Origin: an uncultured Gemmatimonadaceae bacterium
GTDB taxonomy: Bacteria > Gemmatimonadota > Gemmatimonadetes > Gemmatimonadales > Gemmatimonadaceae
Assembly (NCBI GenBank): GCA_963790305.1
Contig: CAWBOC010000007.1
Location: 96,001-160,000 of the forward strand
Direction of reading: 5' to 3'
DNA: 64,000 nucleotides
The notes under the pieces were generated by a model that worked only from the letters and a program-made list of their open reading frames with translations, did not search any database and was not told the origin of the DNA. Every line of letters starts with the position of its first letter. The stretch's first letter is position 1. The translations under genes and the position numbers were made by a program. Below, one piece after another: positions 8,753 to 21,376 of this stretch.

Positions 8753-11362
8753 TTATTCGCCAATGAGCACGGCTACCGGAAGCGTGAGAAACACCTCACG
8801 CGCCAGCAGCGTGGCACCGCCTTCAGCATTTTGTGTTTCCACGGCGCGCCCGGTGAGCGCGCACCGCCAGCGACGGGGGACATCGCTTCGAGGAAACATG
8901 ATCTCGGAGTCTCCCCACGCCAAGCCCGTCGGAATGCCTACGGTTCCAGACAATCGGACAGGCAGGCGCGTCACGGCGACGACGACCGTGGCTCCCTCGA
9001 AGGAGCGAGTGAAGGCGATGGCGTGGGCCGCGCGTTCGCCGCGGATGTCCAGGGAGACGTATCTGCCTCGCGTGAAGACCGGAGTCATCTCACGACGAAG
9101 ATGGAGCGCGGTACGCGTCACGTGCATCTTGAGCCGGCTGTCGGCGACGGTGCGCAGCATCTCCGCGCATGCCGCCGCGACATCGCCGCCGTCGAGCGTG
9201 GCGTCGAGTCGATCGAGCGTGGCGCGACGTGCCTCGAAGTCTACCTCGCGACGGTTGTCCGGATCGACCAGCGCGAAGTTCCACATTTCATCCCCCTGGT
9301 AGATGTCGGGGGTGCCCGGCGCCGTGAGGTGCACCAACAGTCGCGACAGGGCGTTACAGTATCCGGCAGGTGCCACGCGGCTCGCGAAGGTGGCCAACTC
9401 CGTCGCGAAGGTTTCGTTCTGCAGTGCGGCGCCGATATACGCCCGCACGGCGTTCTCATAGGCTTCGTCCGGTGACGTCCAGCTGGTGCGGACTTTCGCC
9501 TCACGATTCGCCTTGACCATGTATTCGACGATGCGGTCCTTCACTGCGCCCGCGGCCGCCGGGGGGGCTTCCTCCGCGGGCCATATGCCGAGCATCGTCT
9601 GGTAGATGAGCCACTCCGTCGAGGCGTCCGGGGCTGCGCCGCCGCGACCTTTCGCTCGATGGGACGCCAGCAGACGTCGCCAGCGGCGCACCGAGCGCAG
9701 CCACTCGTCCGGCATCTCACTCAGGACGTCGATCCGCGAGCGGACATCGGCGCTCCGCTTCGTATCGTGCGTCGACGTGCAGAGGAGGGAGCGCGGCCAT
9801 CGATTCTGGCGCTCGCGGTTCGCACGGTGCAGGTCGGCGACGGCGCGGGGCAGATCACGCGCGGGATCGCCGCCGACTTCGTTGAGCGACGCCAGCGGCA
9901 CATAACGATAGAGCGCGGTGTCCTCGACGCCTTTTGCCGTCGCCGGCCCGCTTGTCTGCTGGAGCCTCCCGATGAACTCGCTTGCGTGCTCATCCGGGGA
10001 TTCGAGCACCGCCGCGAGGCGATTGAGCTCGTGACTGCCTTTCCACCGCTCCCGAACGCGCGCGAGGGCGCGCTCGATGACCTCGCGATCATCACCGTGA
10101 ACGGTGCCCCGTCCGTCAATGTAGGTTCGATACACCGGCAGCGTCGCAATGAAACGACGAATGGCCGCCGCGGCCCCGGCCGCCGCCGCTCCCCGTCGCA
10201 TTCGCCGCGCACGACGGAACAGCTTCGTCAGGCGAGACACATCCGCGGCGAGCGCGGCGCGCAGCACGAGCTCCTTCCCGCGAACGGCCGCCTCTTCGAT
10301 TCCCCCACGGCCGCGAGCGCCGACCAGGCGCCGATAGCCGTCGTCGAGACGCGACGCGCCCTCGGCCGCGATGAATGCAGCCTCCAGCTCATTGAGGAAC
10401 TCGTAGCCCGTCGTTCCCTGCACGGGCCAGCTCTCGCGCAGCCGCTCTCCGGGGGAGAGAATCTTTTCGACGACGATCGGGACCGGATCGGCCGTGGATG
10501 GACGACGTCCCGCCACCTCGACACGCAGCGCGTCGAGGTAGGCCTGCGGATCGAGAAGCCCATCGATATGGTCGATGCGCAGTCCATCGATTACGTCATC
10601 CTCGACCCACTGAAGCACGAGCGCATGCGTCTCGCGGAACACCTCCGGGTCGTGCATGCGAAGCGCGATGAGGTCGTTGACGTCGAAGAACCGGCGATAG
10701 TTGATCGCGATCAATGCACGCTTCCAGAACGCGAGCCGGTACCACTGCGCGTCCACGAGCTCGCGCATCCGTGCCCGACCCTGCTTTCCTTCGTGCCACC
10801 GGGACAGGTCCGCACGCCCAAGCTCGCTCTCGGTTTCGCGCGCTACCGGAAAGGTTTTGTCGAAGTACTTGAGACGAATGCGGGCACCCTGTCGCTGGAG
10901 TGAGAGCTCGCCGCGATCCAGCACTGCTTCGAGGGTGTCGCCGAGAACGGGAACGAGAACGCGGCCCTGCAGAGATGATCGCTCCGACTCCCACTCGACA
11001 TCGAACCAGCTCGCCCACCGGGAGCGCCGACCGTTGGCCAGCATGTCCTCCCAGTAGGGATTGTCGGCACCGGTACCCATGTGGTTAGGCACGATATCGA
11101 GCAGGATTCCCATCCCCCGACCGCGAAGCTCGGACGCGAGGCCGCGCAGCTCATCCTCCGACCCGAGCTCCGGGTTGAGGCGTGTCGGGTCGGCGACATC
11201 GTATCCGTGGAGACTTCCAGGCCGGGCCGCGAGCAGCGGAGACGCGTAGATGTGCGACACGCCGAGACGCTCGAGATACGGCACCAGCCCGCGCGCATCC
11301 TGGAGCCGAAAGCCCGCGTTGAACTGGAGGCGGTAGGTCGCCGTCAGCGCGAGGGAACCCAT
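8753..11362 (-). CDS. treY: malto-oligosyltrehalose synthase
   Basis: ATYRLQ, HGYDV, DIVPNHM, INYRRFFD, GLRIDH.DGL, AKGVEDT, LVDPDNRR. Confidence 0.95.
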   Translation of the reverse strand: MGSLALTATYRLQFNAGFRLQDARGLVPYLERLGVSHIYASPLLAARPGSLHGYDVADPTRLNPELGSEDELRGLASELRGRGMGILLDIVPNHMGTGADNPYWEDMLANGRRSRWASWFDVEWESERSSLQGRVLVPVLGDTLEAVLDRGELSLQRQGARIRLKYFDKTFPVARETESELGRADLSRWHEGKQGRARMRELVDAQWYRLAFWKRALIAINYRRFFDVNDLIALRMHDPEVFRETHALVLQWVEDDVIDGLRIDHIDGLLDPQAYLDALRVEVAGRRPSTADPVPIVVEKILSPGERLRESWPVQGTTGYEFLNELEAAFIAAEGASRLDDGYRRLVGARGRGGIEEAAVRGKELVLRAALAADVSRLTKLFRRARRMRRGAAAAGAAAAIRRFIATLPVYRTYIDGRGTVHGDDREVIERALARVRERWKGSHELNRLAAVLESPDEHASEFIGRLQQTSGPATAKGVEDTALYRYVPLASLNEVGGDPARDLPRAVADLHRANRERQNRWPRSLLCTSTHDTKRSADVRSRIDVLSEMPDEWLRSVRRWRRLLASHRAKGRGGAAPDASTEWLIYQTMLGIWPAEEAPPAAAGAVKDRIVEYMVKANREAKVRTSWTSPDEAYENAVRAYIGAALQNETFATELATFASRVAPAGYCNALSRLLVHLTAPGTPDIYQGDEMWNFALVDPDNRREVDFEARRATLDRLDATLDGGDVAAACAEMLRTVADSRLKMHVTRTALHLRREMTPVFTRGRYVSLDIRGERAAHAIAFTRSFEGATVVVAVTRLPVRLSGTVGIPTGLAWGDSEIMFPRSDVPRRWRCALTGRAVETQNAEGGATLLAREVFLTLPVAVLIGE

Positions 11363-13519
11363 TGTCGCTCCACGCCCAGCGCGCGACGGACCTCGGCGCT
11401 CTCGCTCATTTCCTCGAGACTCATCGTCATTCGTCGCGTCCAGCTGGGCCACTGAGCGGCCGCTACGCCGGGAAGGTTTACCGGCTCGACTTCCCCAGTG
11501 AGGTCGTCGAGCGAAAGTCCCACCAGCCAGGACGGCGTGCGCCGCAGGAACGTGTGAACCGCTTCACGCAGCGCCAGGTCGGTGGTCGGCTCCTCGTTCG
11601 CCGGCCAAAGGCCCTCCTCAATGAGCGTCGTCGCGAGCGCCTCGCGCGCCTGGGCCCGCTCCTGTCGCGCCCCTGCCACCGCACGCTGCGTGGGAATCGC
11701 TCCCACCTTCGCGCGCAGATCAATGTCGCTCTCCCGCCAGAATGCCGCGATCGTCGGCATGTCGTGCGTATTGGCTGTCGTCAGCGCGAGCGCGGGATAC
11801 GCGCGAGGGGGCTTGAACCGCCCACCCTTCGGCTCCGATTCGAAGTACATCACTTTCGAAGAGAGGACGCCCCACCGCTCGAGTGCCGGGGGAACCTCTG
11901 GTGGCACGGTGCCGAGATCCTCACCCACGATGAGAGCGTTGGCACGCACGCTCTCGAGCGCCGCGATGCCTAACAGGTCGTCGCCGGGAAAGCGCACGTA
12001 GGCGCCATCGCGGCCCTCCATGCGCGCGTGGAATCCAGAACTGCCGAAAGAGTCCGAGGACGTGGTCGATGCGCAGCGCGCCGGCGTGTCGAAGCGCCGC
12101 CCGCACCAGGCGCACCCAGTACGCGTACCCATCCTCGGCCAGCCGATGCGGGTTGATCGCCGGAAGCCCCCAATTCTGCCCCGCGGCCGCATAAGGGTCG
12201 GGCGGAGCGCCGATCGTCGGGCCATCGAGAAAGAGTCCCGGATGCATCCACGTGTCGCTGCCGTCTCGCGCTGCCCCAATCGCCAGGTCCTGATACAGAC
12301 CGACGGGCAGCGACAGCTCGCGCGCGCGCGCCTGCGCGTCGCCGAGCTGGCGGTCGAGCTCGAACTGTGACCACTGATGAAAGCGGACGCGCTCGCGCTC
12401 TTTCTCACGAAACGCCTTCACCGCGCGTCCGCGCGGATCTCGCAGCTCATTCGGCCACTCCTGCCAGGGCATACCCTGCTGCCGCTCGTCGAGCGCGCAC
12501 CAGGTGGCAAAGTCCTCGAGCTGCTCCCCCTGTGATTGGACGTACCGCGCGAACGCCCGACCACGTTCCGTCTTCTTTCCTTCGTGGTTCTCCATGAATG
12601 AGCGATGGAGGGCCTCGAGGACCGGGCGCTTCATCCTCATCACCGCCTCGTAGTCCACGTGCGATGCATCGCGCAGCTCGGCGATGCGCGGGAGGGCGCG
12701 AGCCGTCAGCGTTCGCGCATCCGCGCTGTCCGCCATCTCGGGCACCGCATCGACGTCAATGTAGAGAACATTCCCGAAGAGCCGGCTCACCGGGCCGTAG
12801 GGTGAGATGTCGTGACCCCGGTTGCGCAGCGCGTGCAGCGGATTCACGCCGACGAAAGCGGCGCCAACGTCGGCGGCCCACTCGGTGAGCCGAGTGAGAT
12901 CGCCAGTGTCGCCAACACCCCAGTTCCGCGCGCTCCGCAACGTGTACACGTTGGCGGTGAGACCCACGACGCGCCGTCCGCCAAGCAGGTCTTCGGGCGC
13001 GGCGCATTTGCGAGGCACGACGATCAGCCGCTGTGTCCCCTCCACCGACTGACCACGCGCACGTGCCGTTAGGCGCACGGTGTGGTAGCCAGGGCCGGGT
13101 GCCGCATCCAGCGGGATGTGGATCTGCCCGCGCGCGCTTTTGGTCGTGCGGCCCGCGCGCCGGACGGTTCTCCCCTGCTCATCTTCGAGCTCCACCTCCC
13201 ACTCGACGCGCGACGGCCAGCCGCGTGGAAGAGTAATCGCAATCGGCGCGGAGGCATCGGCGGTAACGCGAACCGGAGGCAGCAATTGCTCGTGCGCACG
13301 CTCGCGAAGCGCGACCAGCGCGTCGGCGGCAGCAGCGTCATCGGACACGTCGTAGCCCATGGAGCTGAGCAGCGCGGCGCGTGTACGATCGCTCGTGGCC
13401 CGCCGCTCCTTCCCAGTCTGGTCGACGTACTCGGCAATGATCCCCACCCGGTCGGCGAGCGCGCGCAACGCGCTGGCCCTGCGTCTTCCGGAGTGCTTAC
13501 GAGGTGCCATTCCCACCAT
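11344..13519 (-). CDS. malQ: 4-alpha-glucanotransferase, apparent frameshift near 12025
   Basis: WGVGD, NPLHA, SPY, YQDLA.G, GAPPD, GQNWG, RIDH; continues in another frame with GEDLGTVP, THDMPT, NLPG. Confidence 0.92.
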
Positions 13520-15835
13520 CGGCGGCGCGCGCGACCGCGGAGTCCTCCAGTGCGAGCACGAGCGCGCCCAGCGGTGGGACCTGCAGGGCTACCGACTGCG
13601 GGTAGCCATGAAACGGTGTCTCCTCAACGGCAATCGTTGGACGCATGCCGAGCCCGCTGCCCCCGTATCGGCTGTCGTCGGTCGACATCACGCAGGGTGT
13701 AGCGCCCCGTGCTCGGCACGCCGATCCGGTACTGCTCGCGCGGAATGGGAAGGAAGTTGAGGACGACAATGACGTGCTCGTGCCCATCGTGGCGCGCATA
13801 TGAGATCACGGAGTTCTCCTCATCCGCCAGATCGATCCACGCAAACCCGGATGGGACGTGATCATTCCGCCACAGCGCGGATCGCTCACGGTACAGGCGT
13901 CCAAGGTCCTCGACGAATCGCGAGAAGCCTGCACGTTGTGGCTCACCCGCGAGGTGCCAGTCGAGGCTCGTGTCGTGATTCCATTCGGCCCAGGGCGCGA
14001 ACTCGGTGCCCATGAACAGCAGCTTCTTGCCGGGCCGCGTGTACTGGTAGGTGAGCAGCAGGCGAAGGTTCGCGAGCTTCTGCCACAGGTCGCCCGGCAT
14101 CTTCTCGAGCAAGCGAGCGCTTGAGGTGCACGACTTCATCGTGCGACAGCGGCATGATGAACCGCTCGTTGTATTCGTACACCATGGCGAAGGTGAGCTC
14201 GCCCTGGTGGAACCTTCGATACAGTGGATCACGCGCGAAGTAGCGCAGCGTGTCGTGCATCCACCCCATGTTCCATTTGAAGGTGAACCCCAGCCCGCCT
14301 TCGGACACGGGCTTCGTGACACCCGGCCAGGCGGTGGATTCCTCGGCAATGGTGATGCATCCCGGGTCCTCGGTGCGCACCGTCTCGTTGAGCTGCCGCA
14401 GGAAATCGATCGCCTCGAGGTTCTCGCGGCCGCCGTATCGGTTGCGTAGCCATTCTCCCGGTCTGCGCGAGTAGTCGAGGTACAGCATGGAGGCGACCGC
14501 GTCCACACGCAGCCCATCGACGTGGAACTCCTCGAGCCAGAAGAGCGCATTCGCGATGAGGAAGTTGCGCACCTCCGGCCGGCCGTAGTTGAAGATCAGC
14601 GTCCCCCAGTCCGGGTGCTCGCCGAGGCGCGGGTCTTCGTGCTCGTAGAGCGCGGTGCCGTCGAATCGCCGAAGCGCGAAATCGTCCTTGGGAAAGTGCG
14701 CCGGCACCCAGTCCAGCAGCACACCGATCCCCGCGCGGTGGCACGCGTCGACGAGATAGCGAAAATCGTCGGGGGTGCCATAGCGGGACGTCGGGGCGAA
14801 GTATCCGGACACCTGGTATCCCCACGAGCCGGTGAATGGATGCTCCGACACGGGAAGCAGCTCGATGTGGGTGAAGCCAAGGCGCCGCACGTGCTCGACC
14901 AGCCGCGGGGCGATCTCGCGGTACGTGAGCGGACGGTTGTTCTCTTCCGGTACGCGCGCCCAGGAGCCGAGATGGACCTCGTAGATGAGCATCGGCTCGC
15001 GGGGTGGATCACGGTGCGGGCGCTCGACCATCCACTCCCGATCTTCCCATGCATACCTCTGCTCGTCGACGACGATCGACGACGTTCCGGGCATCTGCTC
15101 CATCTTGAAGGCGAAGGGATCCGTCTTCAGCCGTGGAACGCCAGCGTGCGTGATGATCTCGTACTTGTAGAGCGCCCCGGCGCCGATCTCGGGGACGAAC
15201 AGCTCCCAGACGCCGGACGATCCCATCGTACGCATGGGATACACGCGCCCATCCCATCCGCAAAAGTCGCCCACGACGCTCACCCGGCGGGCGTTAGGCG
15301 CCCAGACGGCGAAAGCGACGCCGCTGACGTTATCAATCGTGCGGACGTGCGCGCCGAGCTTCTCCCACAGACGACGATGCGTCCCCTCGGCGAAGAGATG
15401 CGCGTCGATCTCACCGATGGTCGGCAGGAAGCGATAGGGATCATCTCGCTCCCAGGCGACGCCCCCGGAATGGTGGAAGCGAAGCCGGTATCGCAGCGGG
15501 GCGCTCGCGTTCGGCAGAAACACCGAGAACAGCGGGCCGGCCTCGCGCTCCATCGGAACCGCCTCGCGACCTTCCGGAAGCACGTCGATCGCGCTGGCAT
15601 CCGGGTGCATCGCGCGAACCACGACGCCGTTGACGCCCTGCACGGTCGTGGGGTGCGCTCCGAGAATCGAATGCGGATTGGTGTGATTTCCCGCAAGAAG
15701 ATGTCGCACGGATTCCTGGTTAGCCGCTGGTGGCGAAAAGCGCTTCGGGGCGCTCCTCGTTGGAGGTTCGGCGGTGGCGGCTGGAGCCGCCTCCATCGCG
15801 CGACGCTCCTCGCCCTCTCCCCGCTTAGCGTCCAT
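13497..15835 (-). CDS. glgB: 1,4-alpha-glucan branching enzyme, apparent frameshifts near 14112 and 13695
   Basis: [52 protein letters not shown]; then PGKKLLFMG and YGGSG in other frames. Confidence 0.94.
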
Positions 15836-18012
15836 AGTCCAGCACCTCGGGAGCCGCGGCGACGATGTCGTCACCGGATCGTGCCTCGACCACCAGGCGA
15901 CGATCGGGCCCGTATCGCAAGAGCATGAGCGAATGCGGCATGAGGCCGACCCAGCCCGCGTCGATCATCCGCAAGGACCCGGAGGCCGTGTCAACGAGCT
16001 GCGCCCATTGGCCCTCGTGACCGACCGCCGGCAGCGTGAATCGAACGTCGTCATCGCCCGCATTCGTGAGAAGCAGCATGGTGTCATCGCGAATGCGACG
16101 TCCCCGCTCATCGGTGTCGTCGGTGGCGTCGCCATTGACCAGAGCGCCGAGTGCCTTGTTGTGCGCGTTCTGCCAGTCCTGTTCCGTCATTTCTTGACCG
16201 TCGGGACGAATCCAAATCAGATCCTTGGGGGCCCCCTCGGTCACCGGAGCGCCGCGAAAGAAATGCCGGCGGCGGAAGACCGGGTGGGCGTGACGGATCG
16301 CCAACGCGGTTTTCGTGAACTCGAGGAGCGCCTTGCGTCGATCGTCGAGCTCCCAGTTCACCCACGAAATCTCGTTGTCCTGCGCATACGCGTTGTTGTT
16401 GCCACCCTGCGTCCGCGCGATCTCATCGCCGTGCGACAACATCGGAACGCCTTGCGAGAACGCGAGCGTCGCCAGGAAGTCGCGCATCAGCCGGAAGCGC
16501 AGGTCGAGGATGCGCTCGTCCGCGGTCTCGCCTTCCACCCCCCAATTACGACTCAGGTTGTCGTTATGCCCATCCTGGTTGTTCTCGCCATTCGCCTCGT
16601 TGTGCTTCTGCTCGTAGCTGACGAGATCGTACAGGGTGTAGCCGTCGTGCGCGGTGACGAAATTCACGCTCGCGTACACTGCGCGACCGGTTCCCTGATA
16701 GATGTCCGCCGACCCGGCCAATCGCGACGCCAGCTCGGGTGTGGTGCCATGCTCACCTCGCCAGTATTTCCGGATCGCGTCGCGGTACTTCCCGTTCCAC
16801 TCGGCCCACCGAACCGGGAAGTTGCCCACCTGGTACCCCCCGGGCCCGATGTCCCATGGCTCGGCAATGAGTTTCACCGTCGACAAGACGGGGTCCTGCT
16901 GGATGATGTCGAAGAAGGTCCCGAGCTTGTTCACCTCCAGAAGCTCCCGCGCGAGGACGGGCGCCAGGTCGAATCGGAAGCCGTCGACGTGCATCTCCTT
17001 CGACCCAGTACCGCAGGCTGTCCATGATGAGCTGGATCGTGCGCGGATGCAGCATGTTGAGACTGTTGCCCGTGCCCGTGAAGTCCACGTAGTGTCGCGG
17101 GTTCTTCGGATCCAGGCGATAGTAGGCGCGGTTGTCGATGCCGCGCAATGAGAGCGTGGGGCCGAGATGGTTTCCTTCCCCCGTGTGGTTGTACACGACG
17201 TCGAGGATGACCTCGATGCCCGCCGAATGCAGCGTCTTCACCATCGACTTGAACTCGTACACCTGGTTGCCGAGTCCCTTCGTCGCATAGCGGACGTCCG
17301 GGGCGAAGAAGCCGATCGAGTTGTACCCCCAGTAGTTCGTCAGGCCTTTCTCGGCGAGCCCACGGTCGACGACGAACTGGTGGACCGGCAGCAGCTCGAT
17401 CGCGGTAATGCCTAACGCGAGAAAGTAATCGATCATCGCATCGGAGCAGAGGCCGAGATAGGTACCGCGAAGGGGCTCGGGCACGTCCGGGTGCCGCACC
17501 GTCATCCCCTTCACGTGGCACTCGTAGATCACGGTGCGGTTCCACGGGATGCGGGGCCGCCGATCGGATCCCCACGTAAAGGCGCTATCGATGACGACGC
17601 ACTTCGGCACGCCGCCGGCGCTGTTCTCGGTGGACATCTCGAGATCCTGTTTCTCGCCGCCGACCTTGTACGCGAACAGCGCGTTGCTCCACTGAATTCG
17701 CCCCGTGATCGCCTTCGCGTACGGGTCGATCAGGAGGGTGTGCTGATTGAAGCGATCCCCCTCCTCCGGCCGATAGGGGCCATGCACGCGATAGCCGTAA
17801 TACTGACCGGGGCGAACGTCAGGCAGGTACGCGTGCCACACGTGATCGGTGAGCTCGGGCAGCACGATCTTGTGCGATTCCTTCGCATCCTCCGGGTTGT
17901 CGAACAAATGCAGCTCGACGCCCGTCGCGTGCTCGGAGAACAGGGCGAAGTTCACGCCTTCGCCATCCCACGTCGCGCCGAGTGGATACGGTTGTCCCGG
18001 CCACACCCTCAT
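15825..18012 (-). CDS. glgX: glycogen debranching enzyme, apparent +1 frameshift near 16998
   Basis: [34 protein letters not shown] split across frames; AEPWD, AHDG. Confidence 0.94.
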
Positions 18013-19859
18013 CGATCGGCCCTCGCGTATACACTCGCGCTCGCGGCGGGCACGCGCACCGTCGCCGTCGCGCCGCCGCTGTCCGGCAGACACGCCGGTG
18101 CACCACCTCGACCTCCGTACATCTCCCCCTCCGTAGAAAGCAAGAGTCGCCACGTTCCCGGCGCGCTCGTCGCCGCCGGAACCTGGCGCTCGGTTTCGCT
18201 CAGATTGAACACCGCCAGCAGCGGTGGGCCTTGCTCGGTCGTCAGCTCGAGCGTGATCCAGGAATCGCGCTCGTCGTGGGCGACACGGGCCTCAGCCTGC
18301 CCTGGTCGCAGCGCAGGCATCTGGCGGCGAAGTCGCAGCAGATCCCTGTAGAGGGCATACATCCCGGCATGCTCGCCGCTCTGACGGCGACGCCGATCCA
18401 GCCGTGATCGCTCGAACGTCTCCGTCGCTTGCGGGTCCGGAACGTCGTCGCCCCACCCGAATTGCTCGAACTCCTTGCGTCTCCCTTCGCGTACGGAGTC
18501 GATGAGCTTCGCGTCCCCGTGACTCACGAAGTACTGAAAGGGATTCGTCTCGCCGTACTCTTCGCCCATGAAGAGCAACGGCACATAGGGTGACAGGAGC
18601 AAGAGCGCGGCCGCGAGCCTGCTTTTCGACAACCCCACCAGTGAGGCGATGCGATCGCCGAATGCGCGGTTGCCCACCTGATCGTGATTCTGAATGCACA
18701 CCACGAAACGGTCGGCCGGGACACCGGTCGCCGGTGCGCCGTGGCGTCGTTTGCGGTGCAGCGAGTACCGACCGTCGAACACGAACGGAGTGCGCAGCGC
18801 CGTCGCGACGGGTGTGACGCCGCCGAAGTCGGAATAGTAGCCGTTCTTCTCTCCGGTGAGCGCTGCGTGAATGCCGTGGTGGAGATCATCCGCCCATTGG
18901 CCGTCGAGCCCGTATCCGCAGGCATCGGAGGGGCGCACGACCCGCGGGTCATTGAGGTCACTCTCGCCGATGACGACCACCTGTCGACCGAGCAGAGACG
19001 CCTGATTGCGAACCGACTCGGCGAGGTCACGCAGGATGTGCCGCGGAGAAAAATCGAAGATCCCGTGGATGGCATCGAGCCGAAGTCCATCGACGTGAAA
19101 CTCCGTCACCCAGTAGAGCGCGTTGTCGATGATGAATCGCCGAACCTCATCGGAGTGCGCATCATCGTAGTTGAGCGCCTGCCCCCACGGCGTCGTGTAC
19201 CGGCCGGTGAAATACGGACCGAACGAGCCGAGGTAGTTTCCCTCGGGCCCGAGATGGTTGTAGACGACGTCGAGAACGACGGCGAGTCCCGCAGCGTGCG
19301 CAGCGTCGACCAGCGCACGGAGCTCCTCCGGGCCGCCATACGTGCTCTGCGGTGCATACAAATGCACGCCATCATATCCCCAATTGCGTGAACCGGGGAA
19401 CTCGGCTACCGGCATGATCTCGATCGCGGTAATGCCGAGCTCGCGCAGCTCGCGAAGGTAAGGGATGACGCCGCGAAAGGTGCCCGCGTCGGAGAACGTG
19501 CCGACATGCAGCTCGTAGATGACAGCGTCGGCCATGGCAAGGCCGCGCCACCCGCCGTCCTTCCACTGGTACCGTGAAGGATCGACCACGCGCGATGGGC
19601 CGTGTACTCCGGCCGGCTGGTACCGGCTGACGGGGTCCGGAACCGCGGCACCGTCGAGCACATAACGATAATCCGCGCCGGCTCCCACCCCGCCGATGAT
19701 CTCCTCGAAGACGCCGCCGCCCGATGGAGCGAGCGGATGCGTGGCGCCGCCCTCGATCTGCACCGAGACCCGCGTCGCATTCGGCGCCCACACGGAGAAC
19801 CGCACCCCGTCGGCGACGACCGTGGCTCCGCGCGACAGCGACCAGGCGTGCAGCGTCAC
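18009..19859 (-). CDS. treZ: malto-oligosyltrehalose trehalohydrolase
   Basis: [51 protein letters not shown] overlap at the start. Confidence 0.95.
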   Translation of the reverse strand: MTLHAWSLSRGATVVADGVRFSVWAPNATRVSVQIEGGATHPLAPSGGGVFEEIIGGVGAGADYRYVLDGAAVPDPVSRYQPAGVHGPSRVVDPSRYQWKDGGWRGLAMADAVIYELHVGTFSDAGTFRGVIPYLRELRELGITAIEIMPVAEFPGSRNWGYDGVHLYAPQSTYGGPEELRALVDAAHAAGLAVVLDVVYNHLGPEGNYLGSFGPYFTGRYTTPWGQALNYDDAHSDEVRRFIIDNALYWVTEFHVDGLRLDAIHGIFDFSPRHILRDLAESVRNQASLLGRQVVVIGESDLNDPRVVRPSDACGYGLDGQWADDLHHGIHAALTGEKNGYYSDFGGVTPVATALRTPFVFDGRYSLHRKRRHGAPATGVPADRFVVCIQNHDQVGNRAFGDRIASLVGLSKSRLAAALLLLSPYVPLLFMGEEYGETNPFQYFVSHGDAKLIDSVREGRRKEFEQFGWGDDVPDPQATETFERSRLDRRRRQSGEHAGMYALYRDLLRLRRQMPALRPGQAEARVAHDERDSWITLELTTEQGPPLLAVFNLSETERQVPAATSAPGTWRLLLSTEGEMYGGRGGAPACLPDSGGATATVRVPAASASVYARADR

Positions 19860-21376
19860 GAGCGCTTTCTCGCCGATGCGCGCGTGGGTGGGCGCGTCAT
19901 TGCGATCAGCCCACGCAACGGAATCCACATCCACGTGGGGCGATTGTTCAGCTCATAGGCGAGCTCGTAGAGCACCTTCTCTGTCTCGAACAGCATGAGC
20001 AGGACGTCGAGCCGTGCGCGCGCCTGCGGCAGAAACGGCGGGTGCTCCCGCCCGTCCGGCAGATAGCCCCGCAGGAACGCTTCACGAAGCTCGCGCTCCC
20101 ACCGGTGCGCTCGCGTTCTTGCGTCGGCCTCGCCAAGGTCGGCGCGCGCCCTTTCAGCGCACGTCGCCGCGGCATAGGCGAACGAGCGCATCATGCCGGC
20201 CACGTCGCGAAGCGCCGAGTGTTTCGTACGTCGCTCCTGAAGCGGTCGCGCAGGCTCACCTTCGAAGTCAATCACGAAGAAATCTCCATCTCCCGTCTGC
20301 AGCACCTGGCCCAGGTGGTAATCCCCGTGATGGCGAATGCGGCCGCCCGCGTCCTCACCGATCTCGGTGATCCACCCGTCAACGAGCCCCCTCACGACAT
20401 CCCTCCGACCGAGCACGGCCTCGACATCTCGAGCGACTTCGCTCGACAAGGACCCGTTGGTCCCACTCCGCTCGAGCAAGTCGAACGTCTTCTCTGCCGC
20501 GAGGCGCACCGCGTTGGCCCACTCCGCGACGTCCTCCGCCGTCCCCTCCTGCGGCGCAAACGCTGGATCGTGTTCGTCGGACGCCAGCGCCAGATGCATT
20601 TCGCGCGTTACCGTCCCAAGCGTCTCTGCCTCGACGACAAACGGAATGCCCGTCGATGCGTCGACGCCAAACGCCTCGGCTCCGCGCTCGAGGGCGACCG
20701 TCCACGCATCGCGCGATCCGGGGAGGAAACGCTGGAGTATCGCCGCCACCTCGATGCCGCCCGGCGACTCGAAGCGCGCCGTCGCCAGGAGGTCCGGCGT
20801 ATGCGAGAAATGCGCGCGCGTCGTGAGGAAGTGCCCGATCTCCGCATCGGGATGCTCACCTGGCTCGAGCCGCCGATAGAGCTTCATGATCGCCACGTCG
20901 CCGAAGACGAGTGACGTGTTGCTCTGCTCCGCGCCCGCCAGCCTCGGCACGGGCAGCTCGTCAGGCATCGGAGCCCCGCGGTCGATAGCCCAGCGTACGT
21001 CGATCCCCTTCAGCCCTGTTCCTCGGGTGACGGCTTCACCAAGCGCGCGACAGAACGCCGGGTCGTCGAGCCCCTCGGCAACGTCGTCCCCCCGACCCCT
21101 GACTCCTGACTCCTGACCCCTCAGCGTCACCTGATATCGCTCGACGCCGTCCTTCAGCGCCACGTCGACGCGCGCGATCCATCCGGCCGACCCCACCGGA
21201 ACGGCATCGACGACGCGCGCGCTCTCCGGCTGGCGCCCTTTCGCGCCGAACCAGCGTCGTGTGGCGAGAAAGCGAAGGAGAGCCTCAGACGAGAGATCGC
21301 GCACGGGGTCGCTCACGCGATCGCGCTTCGGTTCGTTCCCGGAGCCGGACCGAGCCTCGAGGTCGCCGCGCATCAC
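19856..21376 (-). CDS. mak: maltokinase (Pep2/Mak)
   Basis: [50 protein letters not shown]. Confidence 0.9.
   Translation of the reverse strand: MMRGDLEARSGSGNEPKRDRVSDPVRDLSSEALLRFLATRRWFGAKGRQPESARVVDAVPVGSAGWIARVDVALKDGVERYQVTLRGQESGVRGRGDDVAEGLDDPAFCRALGEAVTRGTGLKGIDVRWAIDRGAPMPDELPVPRLAGAEQSNTSLVFGDVAIMKLYRRLEPGEHPDAEIGHFLTTRAHFSHTPDLLATARFESPGGIEVAAILQRFLPGSRDAWTVALERGAEAFGVDASTGIPFVVEAETLGTVTREMHLALASDEHDPAFAPQEGTAEDVAEWANAVRLAAEKTFDLLERSGTNGSLSSEVARDVEAVLGRRDVVRGLVDGWITEIGEDAGGRIRHHGDYHLGQVLQTGDGDFFVIDFEGEPARPLQERRTKHSALRDVAGMMRSFAYAAATCAERARADLGEADARTRAHRWERELREAFLRGYLPDGREHPPFLPQARARLDVLLMLFETEKVLYELAYELNNRPTWMWIPLRGLIAMTRPPTRASARKRS
21094..21121. repeat. four GACYCCT heptamers inside mak
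   Basis: gacccct gactcct gactcct gacccct, read as [10 protein letters not shown]. Confidence 0.7.

Noticed and set aside
11344..18012. Pseudogenes or programmed frameshifting in malQ/glgB/glgX
   Set aside because: No slippery sites, motifs are intact, and similar indels occur throughout the window
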